From a virus: DNA of 64,000 bases. The notes under the pieces were generated by a model. It saw nothing but the letters and a program-made list of their open reading frames with translations, did no database searches and was not told the DNA's origin. The translations under genes and the position numbers were made by a program. The stretch lies in IMG/VR virus record IMGVR_UViG_3300042698_000029, positions 89,127-153,126 of that record. One strand, given 5' to 3'. Below are positions 63,859 through 64,000 of this stretch, one piece after another. Numbering within the stretch: position 1 is the first letter of the stretch; each line of letters starts with the position of its first letter.

Positions 63859-64000
63859 TCCTTCCACTGGGGAACAGGGCTTTCAGCGACTTGATGCCAC
63901 TACCCTAGGCAATGCGCACAAACACAAACAGGTGCGGCCCTTGTGATAAGGACCACACCTGTTCGTACAGCTCCGCGCTAGCCGGTCAGTGGACGAACTC

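Overview
This window is high-GC (about two-thirds G+C) DNA from an actinobacterial, Streptomyces-like mobile element. It combines plasmid/AICE functions with phage-style organisation. Plasmid-like functions are an FtsK/TraB-like translocase, a GntR/UTRA regulator and two Rep-like ATPase genes, each followed by an iteron-like array with an AT-rich core. Phage-like features are dense minus-strand runs of small genes, WhiB, an SNF2 helicase, HU, an amidase, an M23 peptidase, an SLT transglycosylase and collagen/tailspike-like surface proteins. No capsid, terminase, portal or integrase gene is recognisable in the window. Accessory cargo includes a nine-gene glycosyltransferase/methyltransferase/epimerase cluster (26.5-33.5 kb), a chaplin, a protealysin-type M4 protease, two TerD-like proteins, several RelE-like proteins and a frameshifted doc toxin gene. 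The most striking region is the minus-strand tRNA array at 33.8-37.7 kb. It holds six canonical tRNAs interleaved with several non-canonical tRNA-like RNAs. It also contains a coiled-coil protein gene followed directly by a ~325-nt structured RNA with a circularly permuted tRNA module (T-arm, closed acceptor stem, D-arm) and repeated UGAAG motifs, a candidate novel ribonucleoprotein system. All calls come from reading motifs by eye; no database searches were run.
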